Origin: Oscillospiraceae bacterium
Lineage (GTDB): Bacteria > Bacillota > Clostridia > UBA1212 > UBA1255
Assembly: GCA_015069185.1 (NCBI GenBank)
Contig: SVJB01000006.1
Coordinates: 4,974-68,973, forward strand
Direction of reading: 5' to 3'
DNA length: 64,000 bases
Below, piece by piece: positions 20,415 through 30,552 of the stretch. The first letter of the stretch is position 1, and each line of letters opens with the position of its first letter. The translations under genes were made by a program, and so were the position numbers. The notes beneath the pieces were generated by a model that was given only the letters and a program-made list of their open reading frames with translations, was not told the DNA's origin and made no database searches.

Positions 20415-21305
20415 TTAAATTAATGTTGTCATCTGGCATAATAAGGCAACTGCACAACATACTAAAGAAATGCCAACCTTCCAGGTAAATTTCTCCTTTT
20501 GGAAAATAATACCAATTATTAATGAGATCATTATCGACGCTGCCGTAACAATAGTAAACTGAGCAGCTGCATTCATTTTCCCTGCAAGAATCCCTGCCAT
20601 ATAGAAGCATACACCATTACAGAGTCCCATCAGAACCATAAAAGGAAGTGTCTTCTTCTTAATAACTCCAACAATGTTCTTACCCGTCTGCTTTCTGCCA
20701 AATATAATACCTGCAATAATAGCTGCAATTGCCGCAGAGAAATACATTATAGCATTAAAAGCATTTGTTGAGCTTGCACTATTATCGGTTTTTACAACGT
20801 CATTCAGTTTAATCAAGAAATTAACTAAACCGTTTGCAATACATGCTACCAAAGGAAGAAAAACAGCGCCCTTCTTGCCTGTTTTCTCATCACCCTTCAG
20901 ATTTAAAATCAGAATGACTGCCACAGAGGCAATCATTCCGATTAATTGTATTATTGCAACTTTTTCTTTTAAGAAAATGGACGAGAGTGCAACTGTTATA
21001 ATGAAGTTCAAATTCATTATGATAATCGATATAGACATTGAATTTGTCTTCATCGATTCAATTAATATTACAATAGCCGCGAAGATACAAACTCCGGCAC
21101 CTACTGCAATAGGTATCTGCTTTAATGCAATTGTGTCGCCAAACAAGCTGGCAATACCAAACACAGCTGCAAGCATCATACACCAAACAGATGGCATGAA
21201 TGAACTCATACTTCTATTGTGACTCTCTATAGCTAGTTTCTTATAAATATTTCCTGTAAAGCCCGAGGAACATACATATAAAGTAAACAATAAAACTATA
21301 ATCAT
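20415..21305 (-). CDS. DMT/EamA-superfamily transporter
   Basis: About ten TM segments in two repeats; IFLKEKV and IFQKEKF. Confidence 0.8.
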   Translation of the reverse strand: MIIVLLFTLYVCSSGFTGNIYKKLAIESHNRSMSSFMPSVWCMMLAAVFGIASLFGDTIALKQIPIAVGAGVCIFAAIVILIESMKTNSMSISIIIMNLNFIITVALSSIFLKEKVAIIQLIGMIASVAVILILNLKGDEKTGKKGAVFLPLVACIANGLVNFLIKLNDVVKTDNSASSTNAFNAIMYFSAAIAAIIAGIIFGRKQTGKNIVGVIKKKTLPFMVLMGLCNGVCFYMAGILAGKMNAAAQFTIVTAASIMISLIIGIIFQKEKFTWKVGISLVCCAVALLCQMTTLI

Positions 21306-22456
21306 TTTCTAAAGTCCGGTACTTCTAAGCGTACCCCGCCTTTCCTCGCTGATTCAACTGCCATAATAGCAGGAGCTGCTGTCTCTACAGCCTTGTATAC
21401 ATCGAGTGGCGGAGTCTTATCATTTAAGATAGCATCCATGAAGTAATAAATCGGATAGTAGTCCGCGCCGCCGTGTGAAGCATTTCTGAATACTTCATCA
21501 GCGTTAGGATCAGCGCAACCCCAATCAGGGCGATCAGACCAACCGGTGTCAGGTGTATACAGTTTGGGGAAGTCAACAGTAGAACGTGAAGACTCTACAG
21601 TACATTTTGTTCCCTTGATTGTGTACCAGTGAGCACCTGTCTCTCTCTTATATCCATATGGAGAATTAAATCCTGCTCTCAAGCTGAAAATTGTATCATT
21701 TGAGTTGTACATAAGTGCGCACTCTAAGTCGCGAACGTCAAAGCCTTCGCTGTAGTAGCTTCCCTTTCTGGTACCTACACATGATACTGATTCAATTCTA
21801 CCACCTGTAATTGAGAGAAGCGGTGATAATTCATGAGGCAAATACCAAATAGGATCCATAAATGCACGATATCTCCAAGTAGTCTCATAATCAGGATTAT
21901 TATGATAAGATGTATCGTGACCCCAGATACGGTGACCTGTCTTCTTATTTCTGAAGTAATCCCAATCCTGCTCATAGTGAAGATATTCACCCTCAGCATA
22001 GTAAATCTTACCAAAATCACCGCGCTCAGCCATCTTGCGCCATTCACTTATAAAATACCAATAACGTGTTTGCTCAGCTAATTGATATTTAACGCCGTTC
22101 TTTCTGACACCGTTTACCAATCTGTAACACTGGTCGATTGTATATGCAGCAGGAACCTCTGTCATAACATGGATACCTCTATCCATCTCACGAACAGCGT
22201 ATTCAACCTGAATATCAGGGTCACACGCTATCATGATAGCATCGTAAACAGCATCCTTAATCATTTCCTCATATGAGTGGTATGTCTTAGCATCCCAGCC
22301 CTTAAGAAGCTTAACTTTCTCAGCCGCATCCTCAACGGCACCCTCTGTAATATCACACAGAGCAACAACCTCAAGATTCGGATGTTCCAAATATGACTCA
22401 GCCAAGGAACTCCATCTGGGACCTGTTCCCAGAATCGCAAATCTTACCTTTTTCAT
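21302..22456 (-). CDS. Gfo/Idh/MocA-family NAD-dependent oxidoreductase (GH109-like features)
   Basis: ILGTGPR, HVMTEVPA, YYAEGEYLH and SHGGADY. Confidence 0.82.
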   Translation of the reverse strand: MKKVRFAILGTGPRWSSLAESYLEHPNLEVVALCDITEGAVEDAAEKVKLLKGWDAKTYHSYEEMIKDAVYDAIMIACDPDIQVEYAVREMDRGIHVMTEVPAAYTIDQCYRLVNGVRKNGVKYQLAEQTRYWYFISEWRKMAERGDFGKIYYAEGEYLHYEQDWDYFRNKKTGHRIWGHDTSYHNNPDYETTWRYRAFMDPIWYLPHELSPLLSITGGRIESVSCVGTRKGSYYSEGFDVRDLECALMYNSNDTIFSLRAGFNSPYGYKRETGAHWYTIKGTKCTVESSRSTVDFPKLYTPDTGWSDRPDWGCADPNADEVFRNASHGGADYYPIYYFMDAILNDKTPPLDVYKAVETAAPAIMAVESARKGGVRLEVPDFRK

Positions 22457-22499
22457 AATATTCTCCAATCAAATTTCTAAAATTTTTGTTTATTTTCTA

Positions 22500-22531
22500 A
22501 GTAACATTCCAAAATTAATTGGAATGTTACT
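22500..22531. terminator. Perfect intergenic stem-loop (terminator or stabiliser)
   Basis: AGTAACATTCCAA-aattaa-TTGGAATGTTACT; no U-tract in the transcribed direction. Confidence 0.55.
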
Positions 22532-22545
22532 AAAAAATCAATAAA

Positions 22546-23976
22546 TTAGTTTTCTTTTTTCTTCTTAAGTGCTACAGCTGATAATGAAGCAATCGCCAGC
22601 GAGATAAGACCAAAGTCACCTACTGATGGAATCTCAGGCTCAGCAGCCTTAGCGTTGACTGTAAGATTAATTGTATAGAAATCGATAGCTTCACCTGTGT
22701 TAGAGTAAGCAGTAAGCTTAATTACATGGTCACCTGCAGCTAATTTAGATGTATCAATAACTGCATGTTCTGCGTCAGTACCAAAACCTACTTTGTCAGC
22801 AGCTGCAAGATCCGGTCCGTTATATCCAACAGCAGCAAGCACATCTGCACGGCTTCTTGTAGGAGTTAAGCTAATACCTTCGGCGCCATCAATTGAATAT
22901 TTAATATCAAATAAACCTTTTGATGTAATTGCCCAACCAAGTACAGATACATTATCTCCCTCTGTAATAGCAAGAGCAGAATTGTCACCGGCTTCCGGCT
23001 GTACACCATTGATTTTATCCATAGACTTCAAAACAGTAAGTGGTGCTTCCGGCTCCGGAGCAGCTTCCTTTGTGAATGTAAGGTCATCAATATTTAAGTC
23101 TACATAGTACTGAACGTCAGAATCAAATGTACTTATTGTCAAGTTACCTTTTTCAGAAATAACTGCGTGATCTGTTCTTGCCTTCTCAACGCCGTTAGCA
23201 TCTTTGATAACAGCAGTCTTATAAATACCGTTAACAAGATTACTATACTCTACAGAAGCAAGTAATTTGTCGTTATACATAAATTTGCATACACCATCTT
23301 CATCAATAACCTCTAAAGATGCCCATGTTTGTATGTATAGTTCACCAAAAGCAGGATATCCTTCTATAACATAATCTGTAAACCAATAACCACCCTGAAC
23401 GGCAGCGTTAGGATCTTCAAAATTAACAACATAAATACGAATATGTTCATTGGCTGCATTTGATGAGAAGCTGATAAAAATACCACTATCGCCTACAATA
23501 GGTCCAAGATCTTTTGTGAATCCACCTAGAGGTTCATTAACAGCATGTGTTAATTTGCCATTTGCATCTCTTAATGTTCTCACACCAACGCCGGCAAAGT
23601 TAACCTGTGCATATGCAGACTCATAGAAGTTCATTTTGAACTTATAATTCTCATCCCACTGGCCTTTTGATGCCAGACTTGTGTTGTTGAGTAATCTTAA
23701 AACATAGTCTCCACCTACATAGTTAATGTAGAACGGATAATATGTATCATCGTGTCCCTTGTGTGTTACATCAAAGAATTCTGCAATTTTATTACCGCTA
23801 GCCGCGTCCTGCATCATCCAGTCAAAACCGGGCAGACCGCATACATTCTTATAATAATCATCCTCAAAATCAATAGACCAACTATTCGGTACTGTATATG
23901 TATCATTAGCAGATACTGTCCATACCATTGTTAATGACATCGCCATAACAACTACAAAAATTAAAAGTTTTTTCAT
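22546..23976 (-). CDS. Secreted ConA/LamG-like plus Ig-like surface protein with sortase-like anchor
   Basis: Signal peptide; GPIVGDSGIFISFS; GWAI...RSRADV...GF...LAAGDH Ig-like module; tail IPSVGDFG-TM-KKKKEN. Confidence 0.6.
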   Translation of the reverse strand: MKKLLIFVVVMAMSLTMVWTVSANDTYTVPNSWSIDFEDDYYKNVCGLPGFDWMMQDAASGNKIAEFFDVTHKGHDDTYYPFYINYVGGDYVLRLLNNTSLASKGQWDENYKFKMNFYESAYAQVNFAGVGVRTLRDANGKLTHAVNEPLGGFTKDLGPIVGDSGIFISFSSNAANEHIRIYVVNFEDPNAAVQGGYWFTDYVIEGYPAFGELYIQTWASLEVIDEDGVCKFMYNDKLLASVEYSNLVNGIYKTAVIKDANGVEKARTDHAVISEKGNLTISTFDSDVQYYVDLNIDDLTFTKEAAPEPEAPLTVLKSMDKINGVQPEAGDNSALAITEGDNVSVLGWAITSKGLFDIKYSIDGAEGISLTPTRSRADVLAAVGYNGPDLAAADKVGFGTDAEHAVIDTSKLAAGDHVIKLTAYSNTGEAIDFYTINLTVNAKAAEPEIPSVGDFGLISLAIASLSAVALKKKKEN

Positions 23977-24017
23977 GTTTTACCTCCTATAAATCTATAA
24001 GCGTTTATTATGTCACG

Positions 24018-24054
24018 ATTATAAAATGTAAAAGAAGTAAAATATATACTTTTT
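24018..24054 (-). promoter_or_regulatory. Promoter with conserved 15-bp box (copy 2)
   Basis: AAAAAGTATATATTT-N16-TATAAT. Confidence 0.6.
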
Positions 24055-24069
24055 CTGCCCGTTAATTTA

Positions 24070-25311
24070 TCAATTCTGTCGGATTGGTTTTCTTATAACT
24101 GTTCTGGGTTTGACATAGAATGGTAATATTGTATGAACATTCATCTTTGCATGATTGGCCCTAATGACCTTCTCGCCCTTATCATCATACATATTTTGTG
24201 CTATTATTGAATGAATTTCTTGTGACGGAGTGACAAATTCTATAATATCCCCCTCTTCAAATACACTTCTTTGAGAAATTACCACACGCCAAGCCGAGTC
24301 ATCATCTGTTGCTTCGCATTCAGACACAATACCAACAAAATCTGCATCTCGCAAATAAGAAGAACTTCCGTAAACCTGAGCGCCGCGTATGCCCTCTAAG
24401 AAGAATCCCGTGCTGTAATCACGGTGGCTAACCATATTAACCTCTTTGAGTAGCTCGTCTACTATCTCCGGCGTTAATTCTCCTCCATTCTCAACGATAT
24501 CCAATGCTATACGATATGCTCTCACTGTAAGCGCTGTATAGAATTCACTCTTCATTCTGCCCTCTATCTTAAGAGCATGCACTCCGGCCTTCACCATATC
24601 AGGTAAATATGGAAGTAAGCATAAATCCTTGGAATTAAACAAATATGTACCATATTTATCCTCCTGAATATACACTGTATCTGTATCTCCGTTAGAGCGT
24701 AAATATTCCCATCTGCATGGTTGAGCACAATCACCTCTGTTAGATGATCTACCTGTCATATAGTCGCTAAGCATGCATCTTCCTGAATATGACATGCACA
24801 TAGCACCATGGACGAAAACCTCCAATTCAATATCACGGCCTACATTAAATGCAATATTTTTAATTTCTTCAAAAGTAAGCTCTCTGGCAAGATTTACACG
24901 GGTAGCACCCATATTTTTCCAAACGCGACACGTAGCACTATTAAGATTATTTGCCTGAGTACTTACGTGAATATCTAAGTCAGGTACTTTGGCATGAATA
25001 GCGGTAAAAGCGCCCAAATCAGACACAATAACGCCGTGTACGCCTATCTCATAGAGTTTCTCAGCCTGCTGCACCATACGCTCAATATCTGTATCTCTAG
25101 GGAAAATGTTCAGTGTAACATATATTTTCTTACCATGCTCGTTGGCATATTCTACCGCACGGCGTGTCTCCTCTAACGTAAAATTATCACAATTAGAACG
25201 AAGTCCAAAGCCTGCATCAGAACCTATATACACAGCATCTGCGCCATATTCAAAAGCTGTCATCATTTTACTGTAATTACCGCCGGGAGCCAGCAGCTCA
25301 ACTCTGCCCAT
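24070..25311 (-). CDS. U32 peptidase-family protein (TrhP-like tRNA hydroxylation)
   Basis: ELLAPGG, GADAVYIG, HVSTQAN, HGAMCMSYSGRC, NRGDCAQPCRW and KIEGRMKS. Confidence 0.9.
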   Translation of the reverse strand: MGRVELLAPGGNYSKMMTAFEYGADAVYIGSDAGFGLRSNCDNFTLEETRRAVEYANEHGKKIYVTLNIFPRDTDIERMVQQAEKLYEIGVHGVIVSDLGAFTAIHAKVPDLDIHVSTQANNLNSATCRVWKNMGATRVNLARELTFEEIKNIAFNVGRDIELEVFVHGAMCMSYSGRCMLSDYMTGRSSNRGDCAQPCRWEYLRSNGDTDTVYIQEDKYGTYLFNSKDLCLLPYLPDMVKAGVHALKIEGRMKSEFYTALTVRAYRIALDIVENGGELTPEIVDELLKEVNMVSHRDYSTGFFLEGIRGAQVYGSSSYLRDADFVGIVSECEATDDDSAWRVVISQRSVFEEGDIIEFVTPSQEIHSIIAQNMYDDKGEKVIRANHAKMNVHTILPFYVKPRTVIRKPIRQN

Positions 25312-25323
25312 ATTAACCTTCCT

Positions 25324-25953
25324 TTATACCTTCTTAGAGCCAAGTATCATTCCGTCTCCCACCTCAAGGAGCACCGAAGATAACCTGGCATCATTTAAAA
25401 TTATCCTGTGAAATTCCTGCATATTTGCAATTATTGTTCTATGTTTATGTGGCGCTGTTGCAGGATCCAGCTTAGCTTTGCCATGGTATGTACAATTATC
25501 ACATAAAAGTACTCCATCTTTTTTAAGGAGTCTGAGGCAATCTTCATATATTCGAGCATACTGTCCCTTAGCCGCGTCCATAAACACCATGTCATATTGC
25601 ATACTCAGAGCCGGTAATACCTCAAGGCAATCACCACATATTACTCGTATATTAGATGAGAATCCACATTTTTCAATATTCTGTCTGGCTACGACCACCA
25701 TGTCCGGATCAATCTCAATAGTATCAATGTGAAAAGGCGTGGCAACGCCGTCTACCACATTTTCACAGCAGGCAGATGCCATACAAATAGCACTATACCC
25801 TATAGCAGTGCCAAGTTCTAAAATACGAACAGGCTTATGAATATGAAGCAATACATCAATAAGTCGCTGAGAATCAGCTCTTATAATAGGAATATATTCT
25901 GCTTCGGCATATGTTCTGAGATTGTTAAGATAATCTTTGATATCCAATTGCAT
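25324..25953 (-). CDS. O-methyltransferase (TrmR/YrrM-like)
   Basis: LELGTAIGYSA, FMDAAKGQY and GDGM; located between mltG and the U32 gene as in Bacillus yrrL-yrrM-yrrN/O. Confidence 0.88.
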   Translation of the reverse strand: MQLDIKDYLNNLRTYAEAEYIPIIRADSQRLIDVLLHIHKPVRILELGTAIGYSAICMASACCENVVDGVATPFHIDTIEIDPDMVVVARQNIEKCGFSSNIRVICGDCLEVLPALSMQYDMVFMDAAKGQYARIYEDCLRLLKKDGVLLCDNCTYHGKAKLDPATAPHKHRTIIANMQEFHRIILNDARLSSVLLEVGDGMILGSKKV

Positions 25954-25959
25954 CTACCC

Positions 25960-27234
25960 TCAACCGTATTGCTCTTTTGCCTTCAAATGTTCTGCGTAAG
26001 TATGAGAGAAGATATGTGTACCCACACCGTCTTTGGCATTATAAACAAAGTAATAATATTCATGTTCTTCCGGTATTAATGCCGCTTGTATAGATTTGAG
26101 GCCCGGATTGCATATAGGTCCGGGAACAAAACCCTCATACATATACGTGTTATAAGGATCGTCTTCTTTCTCATTCTCAAGAGTAATATTTATCAAATCG
26201 ATACCGTATAGCTTCTTATATACATATCGTACAGTAGCACATGATTCCCACTTGTGAAGATTTACATCAGGGCTATTAACACGATTAAGGAACACCCCTG
26301 CAATCTTCGCACGTTCACCATCAATCTTAGCTTCTTTCTCTACGATAGATGCCAGAATCATAATCTCATCTACAGTAAGGCCAAGAGACTGAGCAGTAGA
26401 ATAATATGAAGGCAGGAACACTTCGTTGAAACGGTTGAGGAACTTATATATTACGTCCTCTACATTTGCCTGTACGTCAAACTCATATGTGTCCGGGAAT
26501 AGATAACCATCAAGTCTATAATCGCGATTCTCTGTTTTTGCTGGTACAAACGCATATGATGATAAGTCAATATGATCTATGGCATACAGGAATTCCTTTG
26601 CATCTACCACTCCATTGCTCTCAAGACGCTCTGCAATCTGCAACGTAGTAAAGCCCTCCGGGAATGTAACCCTTACAGTCTCAGGAGTACCGGACAGAAT
26701 AACCATTATTTCATCGTACGTAAGTCCCTCACAAAGGGTGTATGTGCCGGCCTTATACAGATTATCATAGCCATTGAACTTAGATAAGAATTTATATACA
26801 AACTCGTTTTGTATCAAGCCCATCTCATATAAATCTGCTGTAATTTGCTCTGAGGTAGAGCCCTTCTCTATACGAAACTTCACAGAAGTCTCCGGATCTA
26901 TATAAATTGTTTCTATATCAATAGGACTGTTGTATTTATCAATAAGATACGTATATGAAACATAGCTAGAGAAAAATACCAGCACCAACAGGAACATCAC
27001 AAACAAAATCAAAAGCGGTATCGTGTAACGATGCTTCAGCTTACGTTTATTTCTCGCCCTGACTTTAGATATCTTGCCTCGCTTGGTACTACTGGAAGTT
27101 GTACGATCCTGAGTAACAACCTCAAACTCTTCTTCGTCAGCTTCCTGCTTTGCCTTCTTCTTGGCAATCTCTTCCTCCTTAAACTTCTGTCCGGGGCGTC
27201 TTATTCCTTTTGTTTGTTTCAGTCTTCCGTTCAA
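25960..27234 (-). CDS. mltG: Endolytic transglycosylase MltG
   Basis: TM segment; VTFPEG, LDGYLFPDTY, LASIVEKEA, PYNTY and PGPICNPG. Start placed at TTG 27234 after GGAGG (track 27255). Confidence 0.92.
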   Translation of the reverse strand: MNGRLKQTKGIRRPGQKFKEEEIAKKKAKQEADEEEFEVVTQDRTTSSSTKRGKISKVRARNKRKLKHRYTIPLLILFVMFLLVLVFFSSYVSYTYLIDKYNSPIDIETIYIDPETSVKFRIEKGSTSEQITADLYEMGLIQNEFVYKFLSKFNGYDNLYKAGTYTLCEGLTYDEIMVILSGTPETVRVTFPEGFTTLQIAERLESNGVVDAKEFLYAIDHIDLSSYAFVPAKTENRDYRLDGYLFPDTYEFDVQANVEDVIYKFLNRFNEVFLPSYYSTAQSLGLTVDEIMILASIVEKEAKIDGERAKIAGVFLNRVNSPDVNLHKWESCATVRYVYKKLYGIDLINITLENEKEDDPYNTYMYEGFVPGPICNPGLKSIQAALIPEEHEYYYFVYNAKDGVGTHIFSHTYAEHLKAKEQYG

Positions 27235-27290
27235 AACAACTGCACCTCCATGCAAAAGGCCTGTCTGGTAATATTTCCAATAATACTATG

Positions 27291-29120
27291 TTAATTAGAA
27301 GATTTGCTCCTATTCTTAGCGCGAAGTTCTGTATTGAGTATCTTCTTGCGCAGACGAATGTTTTTAGGAGTAATCTCACAAAGTTCGTCATCACCAATAA
27401 ACTCAAGAGACTGTTCTAAGCTGAAAACCACCGGAGGTGTTAATCTGAGCGCCTCATCAGAGCCTGACGCACGAATATTAGTAACATGCTTCTTCTTACA
27501 AACATTTATTACTAAATCTTCGTTACGGGCACTCTCACCTACAATCATACCCTCATAAACCTTTACTCCGGGGCCGATGAAAAGTCTGCCTCGCTCCTGG
27601 GCATTATAAAGTCCATATGTAATAGACTCTCCCTGCTCCCAAGCAACAATGGCACCGTGTGTTCTTGAATTTATATCGCCTTTGTACGGCTCATAACCGT
27701 CAAAGATATGATTCATTATACCATTTCCTCTTGTATCCGTCAAAAATTCCGAACGATATCCAATGAGTCCACGTGCCGGAATCTTAAATTCAAGTCTTGT
27801 ATATCCCTCTAAGCCCGGATGCATATCAAGCATCTCGCCTTTACGTACGCCAATTTTCTCAATAACTGTTCCTAAAAGCTCGTCGGGAGTATCGATTGTA
27901 AGTCTCTCAATGGGCTCGTACAGTACTCCATCTACTTCTTTGAAAATTACTCTTGGTCTGGATACCTGAAACTCATATCCCTGTCTGCGCATAGTCTCAA
28001 TCAAAATAGACAAATGCAATTCTCCACGTCCAGACACCTTAAATGTATCAGCGCTATCTGTCTCCTCTACGCGCATACTTACATTAGTATCCAATTCTTT
28101 GAAAAGGCGGTCACGCAGATGTCGTGACGTAACATATGTGCCTTCAGTACCTGCAAATGGACTGTTATTTACAGAAAAGTTCATGGACAAAGTAGGTTCA
28201 TCAATATTCACAAAAGGAATAGGAGTAGGATCATCCGGACTACATACAGTATCACCAATATTTATATCTGGTATTCCGGCAAGTACTATAATGTCACCTG
28301 CCACAGCCTTTTCACTATCTATTCTCTTAAGACCCTGGAATTTATATAAATATGTCACCTTTGCTGTTTTATTTAATCCCTGCTGATTACATACTACAAC
28401 ATTCTGACCACAAATAACCTCTCCACGTTCAATACGCGCCACAGCAATCTTACCAACATATGGATCTGTACTTACATTGGATACAAGCATACGGAGTGGC
28501 GCTGCAACATCAACTGAAGGTGCAGGGATCTCATCTATAATTGCTTCAAACAAAGGCTCCAGATTAATCCTCTCATCACTAAGATCACGTACTGCAAAAC
28601 CATCGCGGGAAGAGGCGTATATAACAGGAAAATCCAACTGTTCATCAGATGCACCAAGATCCATAAATAGCGCCAGAACCTCGTCAAGCACCTCTGCCGG
28701 ACGTGCTCCGTCGCGGTCGATTTTATTTATAACAACTACAGCTTTAAGATCCATCGCCAGCGCTTTAGAAAGAACAAAACGGGTCTGTGGCATAGCACCC
28801 TCAAAAGCGTCAACAAGTAGTAAAACGCCATCTACCATGCCCAGCACTCGCTCAACCTCACCACCAAAATCCGCATGTCCGGGCGTATCAACCACATTAA
28901 TAACATGCTGCTTATATTCGATAGCGGTATTCTTTGATAAAATGGTAATACCTCTTTCTCTTTCCAGATCATTTGAGTCCATTACTCGCTCAGCTACAAC
29001 CTCGTTGTCGCGGAACGTACCACTCTGTCTGAGAAGTCCATCAACCAAAGTAGTCTTGCCATGGTCAACATGGGCAATAATAGCAATATTTCTTATATCG
29101 TTTCTCTTTTCTAAACTCAT
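27291..29120 (-). CDS. typA: Translational GTPase TypA/BipA
   Basis: [39 protein letters not shown] and [11 protein letters not shown]. Confidence 0.97.
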   Translation of the reverse strand: MSLEKRNDIRNIAIIAHVDHGKTTLVDGLLRQSGTFRDNEVVAERVMDSNDLERERGITILSKNTAIEYKQHVINVVDTPGHADFGGEVERVLGMVDGVLLLVDAFEGAMPQTRFVLSKALAMDLKAVVVINKIDRDGARPAEVLDEVLALFMDLGASDEQLDFPVIYASSRDGFAVRDLSDERINLEPLFEAIIDEIPAPSVDVAAPLRMLVSNVSTDPYVGKIAVARIERGEVICGQNVVVCNQQGLNKTAKVTYLYKFQGLKRIDSEKAVAGDIIVLAGIPDINIGDTVCSPDDPTPIPFVNIDEPTLSMNFSVNNSPFAGTEGTYVTSRHLRDRLFKELDTNVSMRVEETDSADTFKVSGRGELHLSILIETMRRQGYEFQVSRPRVIFKEVDGVLYEPIERLTIDTPDELLGTVIEKIGVRKGEMLDMHPGLEGYTRLEFKIPARGLIGYRSEFLTDTRGNGIMNHIFDGYEPYKGDINSRTHGAIVAWEQGESITYGLYNAQERGRLFIGPGVKVYEGMIVGESARNEDLVINVCKKKHVTNIRASGSDEALRLTPPVVFSLEQSLEFIGDDELCEITPKNIRLRKKILNTELRAKNRSKSSN

Positions 29121-29218
29121 TTATTTCTTAGCCTTCTTTGTATTTTTTCCAAACATAATAAAGCTGCAAGGGCGCCGATTATAACAAAACGACGCCACTT
29201 GCAGTTATAAATTAACAT

Positions 29219-30418
29219 TTACGCCTTCTGGCTTGTATAGTTATCAAAATAACCTTGAATAAATATAATAGGAGTGCCCTTGTCTCCACTACCTGATGTT
29301 AAGTCACACAGTGAACCAATAAGATCTGTAAGACGTCTTGGTGTGGTACCCTGTGATGCCATGTTACCTACAAGATTACTCTGTTTATTCTTGATGTATT
29401 CTGAGATAGCATCTTTGAGTTCCTGTCCGCTAAGTGATGCAAAATCATTATCAGCCAGATACTTAAGCTTAATCTCATTTGGTGTACCTTCTAAGCCACT
29501 TGTATATCCCGGTGAAACAACCGGATCAGCCAGCTCCCATATCTTACCAACAGGATCCTTAAAAGCACCGTCACCGTATACCATAACCTCAACAAGCTTA
29601 CCTGTTTTATCGAGAATTACTTGCTGTACAGCCTCAACAAACTCCTGACACTTTTCTGGGAATAACTTAACTGTATTTTCTGTTGCTTTATTAGAACCAA
29701 GCAAACCATATGTTCTGTTACATCCACTACCATTTACAGGATTGTTCATAATATCATCAAGACCACATACTCTATTTGCTCCATTAGCCAGGAGAATTCT
29801 CTTAGTTCTCGCTCTTGTATGAATATCACAATTTATAACATTCTTTGTATATTTAAGAATTGCTCTGCAATCATTAGCAAATATAATCTCAACCTCTGCG
29901 CCACACTCCTTAATAAGGTCGCCGTAATACTCAACATAATCAACGCCTGTAAATGGATGCTTATTATATCCAAACAATTTACGATATTCATCAAGACTAA
30001 GTACGTCTGTATATGGATTAACATCTGTAGCATCCAATTGATCTAATGTAATAAGGTGATTGCCAACTTCGTCTGAAGGATAGCTAAGCATAAGATAAAT
30101 TTTCTTAGCACCTTTTGCAATACCTCTTAAACAGATAGCAAATCTGTTTCTGCTAAGTATCGGAAAAATAACACCAATGTCTTCTCCGCCAAGCTTTGCC
30201 TTAACATCTGTAGCTATATCATCAACTGATGCGTAGTTTCCCTGCGCTCTTGCCACAACAGCCTCGGTAACACCGATAATATCTCTATTCCCGATAGTAA
30301 AATTCTCGCACTCTGCTGCCTTCATAACAGAATCAGCAACTATGCTGACAAGGTCATCTCCGCTTCTGATAATCGGAGCACGCACACCACGCGCAACTGT
30401 TCCACACATTCTTTCCAT
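29219..30418 (-). CDS. F420-0:gamma-glutamyl ligase (CofE)-like protein
   Basis: [36 protein letters not shown] and [16 protein letters not shown]. Confidence 0.75.
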   Translation of the reverse strand: MERMCGTVARGVRAPIIRSGDDLVSIVADSVMKAAECENFTIGNRDIIGVTEAVVARAQGNYASVDDIATDVKAKLGGEDIGVIFPILSRNRFAICLRGIAKGAKKIYLMLSYPSDEVGNHLITLDQLDATDVNPYTDVLSLDEYRKLFGYNKHPFTGVDYVEYYGDLIKECGAEVEIIFANDCRAILKYTKNVINCDIHTRARTKRILLANGANRVCGLDDIMNNPVNGSGCNRTYGLLGSNKATENTVKLFPEKCQEFVEAVQQVILDKTGKLVEVMVYGDGAFKDPVGKIWELADPVVSPGYTSGLEGTPNEIKLKYLADNDFASLSGQELKDAISEYIKNKQSNLVGNMASQGTTPRRLTDLIGSLCDLTSGSGDKGTPIIFIQGYFDNYTSQKA

Positions 30419-30476
30419 AAACCAAATATGCTCCTTCGAAAAATATGACGTACCGCAATAAGGCTAGTACTTAGGA

Positions 30477-30505
30477 ATAATAAATGTTTACACTGTAATT
30501 GTCAA
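30477..30505 (-). promoter_or_regulatory. SigmaA promoter
   Basis: TTGACA-N17-TATTAT. Confidence 0.6.
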
Positions 30506-30552
30506 GGAATTTGTTGGTTTTTTTGTGAAAATTTACCGTCTGTACACAAATA

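Noticed and set aside
24070-29120. typA-mltG-methyltransferase-U32 cluster as a novel system
   Set aside because: A well-known conserved Bacillota arrangement (mltG with trmR/trhP tRNA modification genes)
28477-29184. 235-aa plus-strand ORF, and similar ones at 465-890, 10741-11175, 20674-21222, 39996-40577 and 45878-46393
   Set aside because: Antisense shadows of well-supported genes, with no motifs or RBS
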